Assembly (NCBI GenBank): GCA_045606105.1
Contig: JAZURI010000007.1
Span: forward strand, 32,001 to 96,000
DNA from: Spirochaetia bacterium
GTDB taxonomy: Bacteria > Spirochaetota > Spirochaetia > CADAEX01
Direction of reading: 5' to 3'
Length of the DNA: 64,000 nt
The notes below the pieces were generated by a model. The model did not search any database, was not told the DNA's origin, and saw nothing but the letters and a program-made list of their open reading frames with translations. Below are positions 1-8,631 of this stretch, in pieces (within the stretch, counting starts at the first letter, position 1; each line of letters begins with the position of its first letter). The position numbers were made by a program, and so were the translations under genes.

Positions 1-270
1 AAGGATGCTGCCGAGCAGGCCAAGAAAGCTTATATAAAGCTTAACCGCCGTTGTCTCGAAAAGCTGCTTCCGGGTGATATCCTTATCACATGCTCCTGCT
101 CAGGTTCCGTATCCATGGAGGATTTCCGGGATCTGGTCCGTGTGGCGGCGGGGCAGAGCGGCAGGGATGTACGTATCATCAGTACCCTTACCCAGCCGGC
201 TGACCATACACTCAAGATGTCCTTTCCCGAAGGACAGTATCTCAAGACCTTTGTTCTGCAGGTAATATGA
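1..270 (+). CDS. C-terminal part of an RlmI-like class I SAM-dependent rRNA methyltransferase (5' truncated by the window edge)
   Basis: Frame 1 is open from base 1 to TGA at 268-270 and translates ...ILITCSCSGSV...QPADHTLKMSFPEGQYLKTFVLQVI*, matching the RlmI/RlmK C-terminal TCSCS and QxxDH...PEGxYLK motifs. Not in the ORF track. Confidence 0.75.
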   Translation, partial: KDAAEQAKKAYIKLNRRCLEKLLPGDILITCSCSGSVSMEDFRDLVRVAAGQSGRDVRIISTLTQPADHTLKMSFPEGQYLKTFVLQVI

Positions 271-1049
271 TGGATAAAAAAGAACTTTTCGAAGAATTCT
301 GCAATATAGTTGCCAAACTCCGTTCTCCGGGGGGATGTCCCTGGGATATGAAGCAGACTCCCGAAACCATGAAAGGAAACCTTCTGGAGGAAAGCTACGA
401 GGCCATAGAGGCTGTTTCAGCCGGCGATGATGACAACCTCCGGGAAGAGATCGGGGATGTGCTGCTGGTTCTTGCCATGCTGGTCCGCATCAAGGAGGAA
501 GAGGGAAGCTTTACCATGGAGGATGTTCTCAGGGATATCAATTCCAAGCTTGTACGCCGTCATCCTCATGTATTCGGAGAGGTCAAGGTAAAGGATGCCG
601 ATGAAGTTCTTAAAAACTGGAATGATATCAAGGTCAATGTAGAGGGGAAAAAGAAAAAGGAGGGGCTTGAAAAGGTCCCTAAAAGCTATCCTTCTCTGGA
701 AAGAGCCTATCAGCTACAGAAGAAGGCATCAAAGGTCGGTTTCGACTGGGACAGCTGGGAAGGGCCTCTTGCCAAGCTTGAGGAGGAGGTTGCAGAGCTC
801 AGGAAGGAAATAGAATCAGGTACTCCGGCAAACAGGGAGAAGGAACTGGGTGACGTACTTTTTTCAGCTGTCAATGTTTCCCGTTTCATCAAGGCAGATC
901 CTTCCGTGGCCCTTCACCTTACCAACGAGAAATTTATCAGCCGTTTTTCCTATGTTCAGGAGAAAATGGAAGAAAAAAGGCTCCCTTTATGCAAAGAGAA
1001 CCTTGAAATAATGGATAGTTTCTGGAATCAGGCCAAAGATCTGGACTGA
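267..1049 (+). CDS. mazG: nucleoside triphosphate pyrophosphohydrolase MazG
   Basis: LRSPGGCPWD, EESYE, EEIGDVL, KLVRRHPHVFG and a second MazG repeat (KVGFDW, ELGDVLF). Confidence 0.95.
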   Translation: MMDKKELFEEFCNIVAKLRSPGGCPWDMKQTPETMKGNLLEESYEAIEAVSAGDDDNLREEIGDVLLVLAMLVRIKEEEGSFTMEDVLRDINSKLVRRHPHVFGEVKVKDADEVLKNWNDIKVNVEGKKKKEGLEKVPKSYPSLERAYQLQKKASKVGFDWDSWEGPLAKLEEEVAELRKEIESGTPANREKELGDVLFSAVNVSRFIKADPSVALHLTNEKFISRFSYVQEKMEEKRLPLCKENLEIMDSFWNQAKDLD

Positions 1050-1691
1050 TTATTTTGTTCCGAAAAGCCTGTCGCCCGCATCTCCGAGTCCCGGTACGAT
1101 ATAGCCGTTTTCATTCAGCTTTTCATCTACGGTTCCGATGAAGATGTCCACGTCGGGATGGGCTTTTGTTACAGTATCGATTCCTTCAGGGGCTCCGATG
1201 ATGGACATGAGCCTGATGGCTTTTGCCCCTCTTTTCTTGATAAACCCGATGGCTGCAGCCGCACTTCCGCCGGTAGCCAGCATTGGATCCACCACTATAA
1301 CCAGACGGTTTTCAATATCCACCGGAAGCTTGCAGTAATATTCCTGAGGCTGAAGTGTCTCTTCATCCCTGTAAAGTCCGATATGTCCCACTTTTGCGGT
1401 AGGTACAAGCGCCAGGAGTGCATCTGTCATTCCCAGACCTGCTCTCAGGATAGGGATAACTGCGATATGCTCTTCGATAAAATCCGCATTTGTTTTGGTG
1501 ATAGGAGTTTCAATTTCCTTTTTGCAGAGTGTCAGGTCTCTTGTGGCTTCATATCCCTCCAACAGGGAAATTTCATAAGCCAGCTCTCTGAATTCCTTTA
1601 CTGTAGTATTCTTGTCCCTCAGCATGGAAATCTTATGCTTGATGAGAGGATGTGTCATTACATGAACTTTTGGATTGTCTGTTGTATACAA
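1050..1691 (-). CDS. upp: uracil phosphoribosyltransferase
   Basis: [37 protein letters not shown]. Confidence 0.97.
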   Translation of the reverse strand: MYTTDNPKVHVMTHPLIKHKISMLRDKNTTVKEFRELAYEISLLEGYEATRDLTLCKKEIETPITKTNADFIEEHIAVIPILRAGLGMTDALLALVPTAKVGHIGLYRDEETLQPQEYYCKLPVDIENRLVIVVDPMLATGGSAAAAIGFIKKRGAKAIRLMSIIGAPEGIDTVTKAHPDVDIFIGTVDEKLNENGYIVPGLGDAGDRLFGTK

Positions 1692-1705
1692 TTTCTGCTC
1701 CTTTT

Positions 1706-3001
1706 TCAGATTTTTTTAGGAAGAATCACATTGAGTGTAACACCCAGTACAGTTGCAACGAAAAGGCCTGAAATATTGATCATTGTGGAACCGATAATCA
1801 CAGGGATACCTCCGATGGCTCCGATTCCCAGACCTGTTGTCAGGATGAGTGCCACGATTGCCAGGTTTCTTGAATGTGTAAAGTCAAGATTTGACTCCGC
1901 CAGAGTTCTGATACCGATACTGGAGATCATACCGAACAGCATGAGTTCCACACCCCCCTTTACAGGGCCGGGAATAGTCTGGAGGATTGCACCGAATTTT
2001 CCGAAAAGACCGAGAATAATGGCAAATACGGCTGCCAGTCTCAGAATCTGAGGATTGTAGTTCTTTGTTGTTGCAAGAACTCCTGTATTTTCGGAATATG
2101 TTGTATTTGCAGGACCGCCGAGACAACCTGCTACAAATGTTGCAAGACCGTCTCCCATAAGTGTTCTGTGGAGACCCGGATTCTTGAAGAAATCCTTGCC
2201 TACTACAGCACCGTTGGTTGTAATATCTCCGATATGCTCCATGAATGTTACAAGGGCGATAGGGGCGATGGAAAGAATGATTCCGATATCAAACTTAGGC
2301 ATGCTGAGGAAAGTACATGTCTGTCCGTGTGAGTTTGTAAAGGTGGAAACAAACGGAATATTGATCCAGTTTGCATCTGCAATGGTCTTGAAATCCATGG
2401 AGAAAAGACCTGCTGAGCTGAGAATCATGCAGAAAATATAACCTGCGGCAATACCGATAAGGATCGGAACCAGCTTGAAGAAGCCTTTTGCAAAAAGCAT
2501 GCATACAATAACCACAGCCAGAGTAAAGCCGGCAATGAGAAGGTTTGTTCCTGCAGTCATGTTGATACCGCCGGCAAGGCTTGCACCGCCGAGACAGTCG
2601 TTTATGGCAACACCGGAAAGACCGATACCGATTACGATGATGATCGGACCTGTAACTTCAGGTGGAAAGAATTTCTTGATCTTGTCAGGACCCGCACTGT
2701 ATGCCACAGCCGCAAAGATCAGGTAGATAAGACCCGAAACCATGATACCCCCCTGTGCATAAGGGATTCCCTTTGATGCAACCGCAGCAGCCACCGCACC
2801 TATAAAGGCAAAGGAAGATCCTACGAAAACAGGTACCTTGAATCCGGTACATACATGAAAGATAAGTGTTCCAATACCTGCTGTAAAAAGAGCAACTGCA
2901 GGACTGAAGCCTGTCAGTATAGGAACCAATACTGTTGCACCGAACATGGCAAACAGATGCTGAACACCCAGAAGGTATTCTTTTCCGGTTAATTTCTGCA
3001 T
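1706..3001 (-). CDS. uraA: uracil/xanthine permease (NCS2 family, UraA/PyrP)
   Basis: [36 protein letters not shown] signature; directly upstream of upp. Confidence 0.92.
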   Translation of the reverse strand: MQKLTGKEYLLGVQHLFAMFGATVLVPILTGFSPAVALFTAGIGTLIFHVCTGFKVPVFVGSSFAFIGAVAAAVASKGIPYAQGGIMVSGLIYLIFAAVAYSAGPDKIKKFFPPEVTGPIIIVIGIGLSGVAINDCLGGASLAGGINMTAGTNLLIAGFTLAVVIVCMLFAKGFFKLVPILIGIAAGYIFCMILSSAGLFSMDFKTIADANWINIPFVSTFTNSHGQTCTFLSMPKFDIGIILSIAPIALVTFMEHIGDITTNGAVVGKDFFKNPGLHRTLMGDGLATFVAGCLGGPANTTYSENTGVLATTKNYNPQILRLAAVFAIILGLFGKFGAILQTIPGPVKGGVELMLFGMISSIGIRTLAESNLDFTHSRNLAIVALILTTGLGIGAIGGIPVIIGSTMINISGLFVATVLGVTLNVILPKKI

Positions 3002-3083
3002 TTAAATAACCTCTTGTGAAATTTTTTTCAATAAATTATATCACTCAAATTTACCCACAACAACAGATATTTGAAAATATTTA

Positions 3084-3112
3084 TTGCAGAATCTCAAAAA
3101 TTTTATTATAGT
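3084..3112 (+). promoter_or_regulatory. sigma70-type promoter of tRNA-Arg
   Basis: TTGCAG (3084-3089), 17-nt spacer, TATAGT (3107-3112), 9 nt before the tRNA. Confidence 0.55.
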
Positions 3113-3121
3113 ATAGGTGTT

Positions 3122-3195
3122 GATCCATTAGCTCAGCAGGATAGAGCGCTTCCCTCCTAAGGAAGAGGCCGCCCGTTCGAATCGGGCATGGATCA
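3122..3195 (+). tRNA. tRNA-Arg (anticodon CCT)
   Basis: Acceptor GATCCAT/ATGGATC, anticodon arm CTTCC-CTCCTAA-GGAAG, T arm GCCCG-TTCGAAT-CGGGC; CCA not encoded. Confidence 0.96.
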
Positions 3196-3207
3196 GTAAT
3201 TTCCCAG
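3177..3207 (+). repeat. left att-like repeat (tRNA 3' end fused to a copy of the pheA 3' end)
   Basis: TCGAATCGGGCATGGATCAGTAATTTCCCAG equals the right repeat minus 12 nt. Confidence 0.85.
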
Positions 3208-4074
3208 CAATTTATAAGCATAATCCAGAATCTTTTCTTTTCGCTCCGATAGAATCGTTGTATAGAAGCACTTTTGAAGCTCGCTTATGCAAGGTATCTC
3301 ATTGATCATATTGCACATTGCATGAAGATTGATCTTAGGCATGATACGCATAAGTGCTGCATTGCAGTCTTCATTTTCAAGCGAAACGATGTAATCGTAA
3401 TATTTGATACGCTTACCGTCAATCTGCAAAGCCGATGTAGGATTTTCATAAATACGGTAATTAAGCTCTTTTTTATTTTCCAGAACCATCGACATGATTT
3501 CCTCATCTGCCTGAGGGTACATGGAACTGCCGCAGTCAAATACCGGAGCCAATGTTTGCGTATCTGTTGCTTCATCATATAGAAATCCCCAGTTCCCGTT
3601 GTGTCTGTCCCAGTTGCCGATCAGTGCATCAACGATAAACATATCCCAAAACCGTTGGGTAAGGATACGGGAATCTATGGAATTCTGATCTTCTATCGCA
3701 TGGAGAACATCTGCAAGCTCTGTTCCGTATCCACCGCGAGAAGAAGTTATGACTTGGTTTTTCAGGGAGGCAAAGTCCTGCAGCTGTTTGCCAGGAAATG
3801 TGAAGTCCTTGCAGGCTACAACGATTTTTTTCTTGCCGTTCACATTATAGGTACCAAGCATCGTTTTCTGTACCGGAATCCCTATCAGTTCAAAAACCTG
3901 ACATCCGATATACTCACAAACACAGCTGTTCGTATAGCTCATTTCTTTGTTTCTGGTAGGTGGCGGCGGAAATTTTATCATATAGACCTCGCCGTTATAG
4001 ACGATGGAAATCTTGTTTCCGTTTGCACCTGAATAGCCTTTGTTTCGTTTTGGGAATGAAGTAAAGTCAATCAA
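3193..4074 (-). CDS. HipA-domain (CtkA-like) Ser/Thr kinase, putative toxin
   Basis: Gly-rich loop YSGANGNK, YMIKFP (catalytic Lys), catalytic loop NWDRHNGNWG, Mg-binding APVFDCGSS. Confidence 0.85.
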   Translation of the reverse strand: MIDFTSFPKRNKGYSGANGNKISIVYNGEVYMIKFPPPPTRNKEMSYTNSCVCEYIGCQVFELIGIPVQKTMLGTYNVNGKKKIVVACKDFTFPGKQLQDFASLKNQVITSSRGGYGTELADVLHAIEDQNSIDSRILTQRFWDMFIVDALIGNWDRHNGNWGFLYDEATDTQTLAPVFDCGSSMYPQADEEIMSMVLENKKELNYRIYENPTSALQIDGKRIKYYDYIVSLENEDCNAALMRIMPKINLHAMCNMINEIPCISELQKCFYTTILSERKEKILDYAYKLLGNY

Positions 4075-4080
4075 CCTGTA

Positions 4081-4536
4081 TCAGCTCCTTTCCATACGAA
4101 GATAGGTCTCACGGAGATACCTGGCCTGATCCCCTGTGATTATGCGGCTCATTTCTGCCGTATTAATATCGCTTTGCAATCTGCAGTAATCGCAGTCCCA
4201 ATGCATATATCTCTTGCCTCTGTCTACCAAACTCCATGCTTCTTTCATTATGTTGATTGATTCCTGCAGATAAGCGGGTAAACCACACTCCAGATAGGAT
4301 TGATCTTCAGGTAAGCCTGTTTCTTTGTTATAATTGCCGGGGGTGTCCAGCATCATCAGTTCTTCCATGGTGCATCCAAGTGCCTGAGCAATCTGATACA
4401 CGGTTTTTGCAGAGCAGCGGTCAATGGAACTCCGGCCCGAACAAATGTCAATTACAGTTGTTTTCGGAACGCCGCTTATTTTGGATAGGTGATATTTGGT
4501 TATATTCTTCCGGTCAAGCATTGTTTGTAAATACAT
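4081..4536 (-). CDS. Xre/Cro-type HTH protein with an additional C-terminal helical domain, putative antitoxin/autoregulator
   Basis: N-terminal HTH (ITKYHLSKISGVPKTTVIDICSG...IAQALGCTMEEL); ATG at 4536 is 7 nt after SD-like AAGGGGG (track uses TTG at 4542); 6 nt upstream of the kinase ORF. Confidence 0.8.
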   Translation of the reverse strand: MYLQTMLDRKNITKYHLSKISGVPKTTVIDICSGRSSIDRCSAKTVYQIAQALGCTMEELMMLDTPGNYNKETGLPEDQSYLECGLPAYLQESINIMKEAWSLVDRGKRYMHWDCDYCRLQSDINTAEMSRIITGDQARYLRETYLRMERS

Positions 4537-4560
4537 GAACAAGCCCCCTTTTCAATGTAC

Positions 4561-4589
4561 ATTATATCGGTAAACCGACCTATTGCCAA
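4561..4589 (-). promoter_or_regulatory. promoter of the HTH-kinase operon with a palindromic operator in the spacer
   Basis: Minus strand TTGGCA-17 nt-TATAAT; palindrome TCGGT-AA-ACCGA at 4567-4578 between the boxes. Confidence 0.7.
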
Positions 4590-4610
4590 GAGGTATATTT
4601 AAAATTCGTA

Positions 4611-4653
4611 TCGAATCGGGCATGGATCAATTTTTTTGTCAGTAATTTCCCAG
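4611..4653 (+). repeat. right att-like repeat (tRNA 3' end copy, T-tract, pheA stop region)
   Basis: TCGAATCGGGCATGGATCA-ATTTTTTTG-TCAGTAATTTCCCAG. Confidence 0.85.
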
Positions 4654-5763
4654 GATTTTCAGGCTTCCGGCCTCTTCCCTGATACCACGCAGGGCATTTT
4701 TCACCTCGCTCTGGGACAGGTTCCCTTCAAAATCGATAAAAAAGCGGTATTCCCAGTTTCTTCCTTCAATGGGACGGCTTTCAATCTTGGTCATATTCAG
4801 CTTGTTGTAGATGAAATGGGAAAGCATGTTGTAGAGTGAACCGCTGGTGTGAGGCAGCTCCAGGCAGATGCTTATCTTACCGGCATCCTTCCTGAATATC
4901 TTCTGGTTTGAGACTATGATGAATCTGGTGGAGTTGCTGCTGTCCAGGTTGATGCCTCTTTCCAGTATCTCAAGTCCGTAGATTTCTGCCGCATGGGCCC
5001 CTGCCACCGCTGCCTGGGTCATGTCCTTATCCTCCGCCACCTTTCTTGCGGCAAAGGCGTTGTTTTTCATGCTTATCTGCTGCCACGGATGCTCCGACAG
5101 GTATTTTGCACTCTGGAGCAGGGACTGGGGATGGGAGAAGACTGTCCTGATGTTCTCCTTTGAGGTTCCCGGGACTCCCATGAGACAATGCTCTATCTTT
5201 ATTATCTGTTCTCCCACGATATAGTTCTCGAACTTTACCAGAAGGTCGTAAACCTCGCTGACGGAGCCTGCGGTTGAGTTTTCTATCGGAAGGACGGCGA
5301 AATCACAGCTTCCCTCCTCCAGGGCCTCCATGGCATCACGGAAAGTATCTACATGGAAACAGTTTATCTTGTCGCCGAAATACTGCTTCATGGCCTCCTG
5401 GGAATAGGCTCCCTCAGCCCCCTGGAACACCACCCTGGTTTTCTCGGTATCCAGCTTGTCCACCGAAATGAAGGGAAACTTCCCCAGGACTCCCTCCTCC
5501 GTCAGCAGCCGGTACTGCAGCTTCCGGCTCATGGCCATGAGATGCTCGAACAGCTCCTGGATTCCGTATCTGTTGAATTCGTTGTGGACAAGCCCCTTTA
5601 CCTGTTCTATTTTCTGTTTTTCCCGTACCTTGTCAAAGACCTTCCTGCCATTGGCAATCTTGTATTCCGCAACACGGCGGGAAATTTCCATTCTCTCCTC
5701 GTAAAGGGCTGCAATCTCCCTGTCTACCTTATCAATCTGTTCCCTGAGTTCGCTGAGTTCCAT
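4639..5763 (-). CDS. pheA: bifunctional chorismate mutase / prephenate dehydratase with ACT domain
   Basis: AroQ N-terminus (LREQIDKVD), VFQGAEGAYS, PIENSTAGSV, SHPQ, NSTRF, TKIESRP. Confidence 0.95.
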   Translation of the reverse strand: MELSELREQIDKVDREIAALYEERMEISRRVAEYKIANGRKVFDKVREKQKIEQVKGLVHNEFNRYGIQELFEHLMAMSRKLQYRLLTEEGVLGKFPFISVDKLDTEKTRVVFQGAEGAYSQEAMKQYFGDKINCFHVDTFRDAMEALEEGSCDFAVLPIENSTAGSVSEVYDLLVKFENYIVGEQIIKIEHCLMGVPGTSKENIRTVFSHPQSLLQSAKYLSEHPWQQISMKNNAFAARKVAEDKDMTQAAVAGAHAAEIYGLEILERGINLDSSNSTRFIIVSNQKIFRKDAGKISICLELPHTSGSLYNMLSHFIYNKLNMTKIESRPIEGRNWEYRFFIDFEGNLSQSEVKNALRGIREEAGSLKILGNY

Positions 5764-5772
5764 GTTTTACCT

Positions 5773-6921
5773 TCAGTTTTTGTATAGATGAACAAGACAT
5801 TCCATATCCGGTGTCTGCGGATAGAAGTCAAACATATGTATGGTATCAATCCTGTAGCTTTCCCGGGTCAGTTTTCCCAGGTCCCGTGCCAGGGTAGTGA
5901 AGTTGCAGGAGAGATAAAAAATTTCCTTTGCATCGGAGCCGGTCAGGTAATCGGCCACCTTTTCCGATATTCCCGTTCTTGGCGGGTCCAGGAATATGGT
6001 ATCCGGCTTTATTTTCTTTTTAGGCGATTTTATCCAGGCCTCGGTTTTCATGTTGAAGAACCTGCACCGGCCGGCTCCGGCTGTGTTTGCGGCGCCGTAT
6101 CGGGCTGAAAAAGGGTTTTCCTCCACAAAGAAAAGCTCCCTGTACCGGTCTGTAAAGAAAATACCCGGCAGTCCGATTCCGGAGTAAAGGTCAAGCCAGA
6201 TATCGCCCCCCTTTACCATGCATTCCAGTGTCTCCAGCATTTTTTCGAAAACCAATCTGTTGCTCTGGAAAAAACAGAGGGAATTGGTTCTTATATCCTT
6301 TCCCTTGAGGCGGATGACAATATCCTCCGTACCGTTTCCCAGAGCCGGTGAGAAGACCTTTTTATCAGGGGCAAAGAATACAGTTCTCTCCCTGAGCTTC
6401 AGCTTGCCTCCTCCCTCCAGCATTCCGTTTATTTCCTCAGAGCATACGGGACAGCTTTTTACCGGAAGAACATTGTTGGTAGCTCCCGACATGAAGCCCG
6501 GATTTCCGTCCGGTGCCGGATGAAACTGAGTCCTTATCCTGTAGCCGTAAGGCCGGGAAGGAATTACCTTTATATCGGAAAAATCTATCCGTCCGGTTCT
6601 TTTCAGGGCCTCTGTAAGCATCTCTTTTTTCAGTTCAAGCTGTCTTTCGTATTTTATATGCTGGAGGGAGCATCCCCCGCATCTGCCGAAAAGAGGGCAG
6701 AGTGGTTGTGTACGGTCCGGGCTGTAATCTGAAATCCCGGTTATTTCCCCGGTAAGATACCCTTTTTTCTGGTCTGTTATCCTGATTTCTGCTGTCTCTC
6801 CCGGTATTCCGAAAGGGACAAATAGAGCCATCCCGTCCGCATGGGCGAGACAGCTGCCGTTTGAAAGAAGCTTTTCAAATCTGACTGTGTATTTATCAGA
6901 TAGAAAGTCTCTGGTGTCCAT
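5773..6921 (-). CDS. TrmA/RlmD-family RNA (uracil-5)-methyltransferase with TRAM domain and 4Fe-4S motif
   Basis: CPLFGRCGGCSLQH, FFQSN, LDLYSGIG, LDPPRTG, YLSCN, FDFYPQT; start placed at ATG 6921 (the track extension overlaps the ABC-F gene). Confidence 0.88.
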   Translation of the reverse strand: MDTRDFLSDKYTVRFEKLLSNGSCLAHADGMALFVPFGIPGETAEIRITDQKKGYLTGEITGISDYSPDRTQPLCPLFGRCGGCSLQHIKYERQLELKKEMLTEALKRTGRIDFSDIKVIPSRPYGYRIRTQFHPAPDGNPGFMSGATNNVLPVKSCPVCSEEINGMLEGGGKLKLRERTVFFAPDKKVFSPALGNGTEDIVIRLKGKDIRTNSLCFFQSNRLVFEKMLETLECMVKGGDIWLDLYSGIGLPGIFFTDRYRELFFVEENPFSARYGAANTAGAGRCRFFNMKTEAWIKSPKKKIKPDTIFLDPPRTGISEKVADYLTGSDAKEIFYLSCNFTTLARDLGKLTRESYRIDTIHMFDFYPQTPDMECLVHLYKN

Positions 6922-8533
6922 TGTAGAGAGAATCCCTGAGTGCCTGAACATCCTCGGAAAGAAGATATTCGTCAAAGCCCATTCTCTTATCGATAATCTT
7001 GTTGTCAGGACAGAACTCGATGATTCTGTTGGCAACAGTTTCTGCAAACTGATGGTCGTGTGTATTCATGAGAATAACACCGGTAAAATCGGTAAGACCT
7101 GAGTTGAGAGACTGGATGGATTCCAGGTCCAGGTGGTTTGTCGGCTCATCGAAGATCAGGGTATTTGCACCGCTGAGCATCATCTTTGCCAGCATGCAGC
7201 GTACCTTTTCACCACCGGAAAGGACATTTACCTTTTTCAGGGCCTCTTCTCCTGAGAAAAGCATTCTTCCCAGGAAACCTCTGATATAGCTCTCATCCTC
7301 TACAGCTGTATACTGCCTCAGCCATTCAACAAGATTTACCTTGTCTGTGAAATACTCGCTGTTATCCTTAGGATAGTATGCCGGAGTAATTGTTACACCC
7401 CAGTTATATGTACCTTCATCCGGATCCAGTTCTCCCGCAATGATCTGGAAAAGGGTAGTCTTGGCCAGGTGGTCAGGTCCTACGAAGGCAATCTTGTCTC
7501 CGTGCTGTACCTGCAGATTAAAATCTTTGAGAACCTGGATACCGTCCACATTCTTGGAAATTCCTTTGATATCCAGGATGTTTCTTCCGCATTCTCTTTC
7601 AGGCTTGAAGGCAACATAAGGGAATTTTCTTGAGGTTGAAGGCATTTCTTCCAGGGAGAGCTTGTCAATGATCTTCTTTCTGGAGGTTGCCTGCTTTGAT
7701 TTTGCGGCATTGGATGCAAATCTCTGGATAAACTCCTTAAGCTCTGCAATCTTGTCCTCTCTCTTTTTCTTTTCATCCTTTCTCTGCTTTGCAGCAAGCT
7801 GGCTGGCCATATACCAGAAGTCGTAGTTACCGGCATAAAGCTTGATCTGACCGAAGTCAATATCTGCCACATGGGTACATACCGTGTTAAGAAAGTGTCT
7901 GTCGTGGGAAACTACGATAACTGTGTTGCTGTAGTGTGAAAGGAAATCCTCCAGCCAGTTGATAGACTCCAGATCCAGGTGGTTGGTAGGCTCATCAAGG
8001 AGAAGAATATCAGGATTTCCGAAAAGGGCCTGTGCCAGAAGTACGCGGACCTTGTCACCACCCTCAAGCTCCTTCATCTTTTTTTCGTGCATCTCCTCAG
8101 GAATACCCAGGCCGGCAAGAAGGGTAGCTGCTTCAGGCTCTGCTTCCCATCCGTTCATGTCTGCAAAATCGCTTTCCAGGGCAGAGGCTCTGATTCCGTC
8201 CTCTTCCGTAAAGTTTTCCTTTGCATAGAGTGCATCCTTTTCTATCATAACATCATAAAGCTTCTTATGCCCCATGATGACTGTATGCATTACTGTATAT
8301 TCATCAAATTCAAAGTGGTTCTGCTTGAGAACCGACATTCTTTCTCCAGGAGTAATGGTTACCACGCCGTCGCTTGCTTCGATTTCTCCCGAAAGGATCT
8401 TGAGAAATGTTGATTTACCGCTTCCGTTGGCACCGATAAGGCCGTAACAGTTGCCCGGAGTAAATTTAAGATTCACATCCTTGAACAGGATGCGTTCTCC
8501 ATATTTAAGAGTTATACTGCTTGTACTGATCAT
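6896..8533 (-). CDS. ABC-F family ATPase (YbiT/YkpA-like ribosome-associated factor)
   Basis: Two ABC domains (GANGSGKST; LDEPTNHLD and FDEPTNHLD), linker GNYDFWY, no TM segments. Confidence 0.92.
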   Translation of the reverse strand: MISTSSITLKYGERILFKDVNLKFTPGNCYGLIGANGSGKSTFLKILSGEIEASDGVVTITPGERMSVLKQNHFEFDEYTVMHTVIMGHKKLYDVMIEKDALYAKENFTEEDGIRASALESDFADMNGWEAEPEAATLLAGLGIPEEMHEKKMKELEGGDKVRVLLAQALFGNPDILLLDEPTNHLDLESINWLEDFLSHYSNTVIVVSHDRHFLNTVCTHVADIDFGQIKLYAGNYDFWYMASQLAAKQRKDEKKKREDKIAELKEFIQRFASNAAKSKQATSRKKIIDKLSLEEMPSTSRKFPYVAFKPERECGRNILDIKGISKNVDGIQVLKDFNLQVQHGDKIAFVGPDHLAKTTLFQIIAGELDPDEGTYNWGVTITPAYYPKDNSEYFTDKVNLVEWLRQYTAVEDESYIRGFLGRMLFSGEEALKKVNVLSGGEKVRCMLAKMMLSGANTLIFDEPTNHLDLESIQSLNSGLTDFTGVILMNTHDHQFAETVANRIIEFCPDNKIIDKRMGFDEYLLSEDVQALRDSLYNGHQRLSI

Positions 8534-8575
8534 ATATATAGTTATAGTTTTTTAAGGAAAAAATTACAATAGTAA

Positions 8576-8607
8576 GAAAAAAAAAGCTCCTCTTCCGAGG
8601 AGCTTTT
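8576..8607 (-). terminator. intrinsic terminator of the outer-membrane protein gene (possibly bidirectional)
   Basis: AAAAGCTCCTC-TTCC-GAGGAGCTTTT stem with a 10-nt A tract (U tract on the minus strand). Confidence 0.85.
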
Positions 8608-8631
8608 ATTAATCTTTAACTAATGGTTAGA

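Larger units (their letters stand above)
3177..4653. mobile_element. integrase-less mini genomic island at the tRNA-Arg 3' end carrying HTH + HipA-like kinase
   Basis: 19-bp direct repeat TCGAATCGGGCATGGATCA at 3177-3195 and 4611-4629, plus 15-bp repeat TCAGTAATTTCCCAG at 3193-3207 and 4639-4653; only two genes lie between them. Confidence 0.75.

Noticed and set aside
1158-2051. 297-aa plus-strand ORF opposite upp/uraA
   Set aside because: Antisense shadow of two well-supported genes; no motif or RBS.
3002-3121. Possible PyrR attenuator upstream of uraA-upp
   Set aside because: The region is short and AT-rich, with a -10 box about 35 nt from the start; no PyrR-binding loop or terminator hairpin is visible.
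6922-7047. N-terminal extension of the RlmD-like ORF in the track
   Set aside because: It lies inside the ABC-F coding sequence; the TRAM domain starts after Met at 6921.
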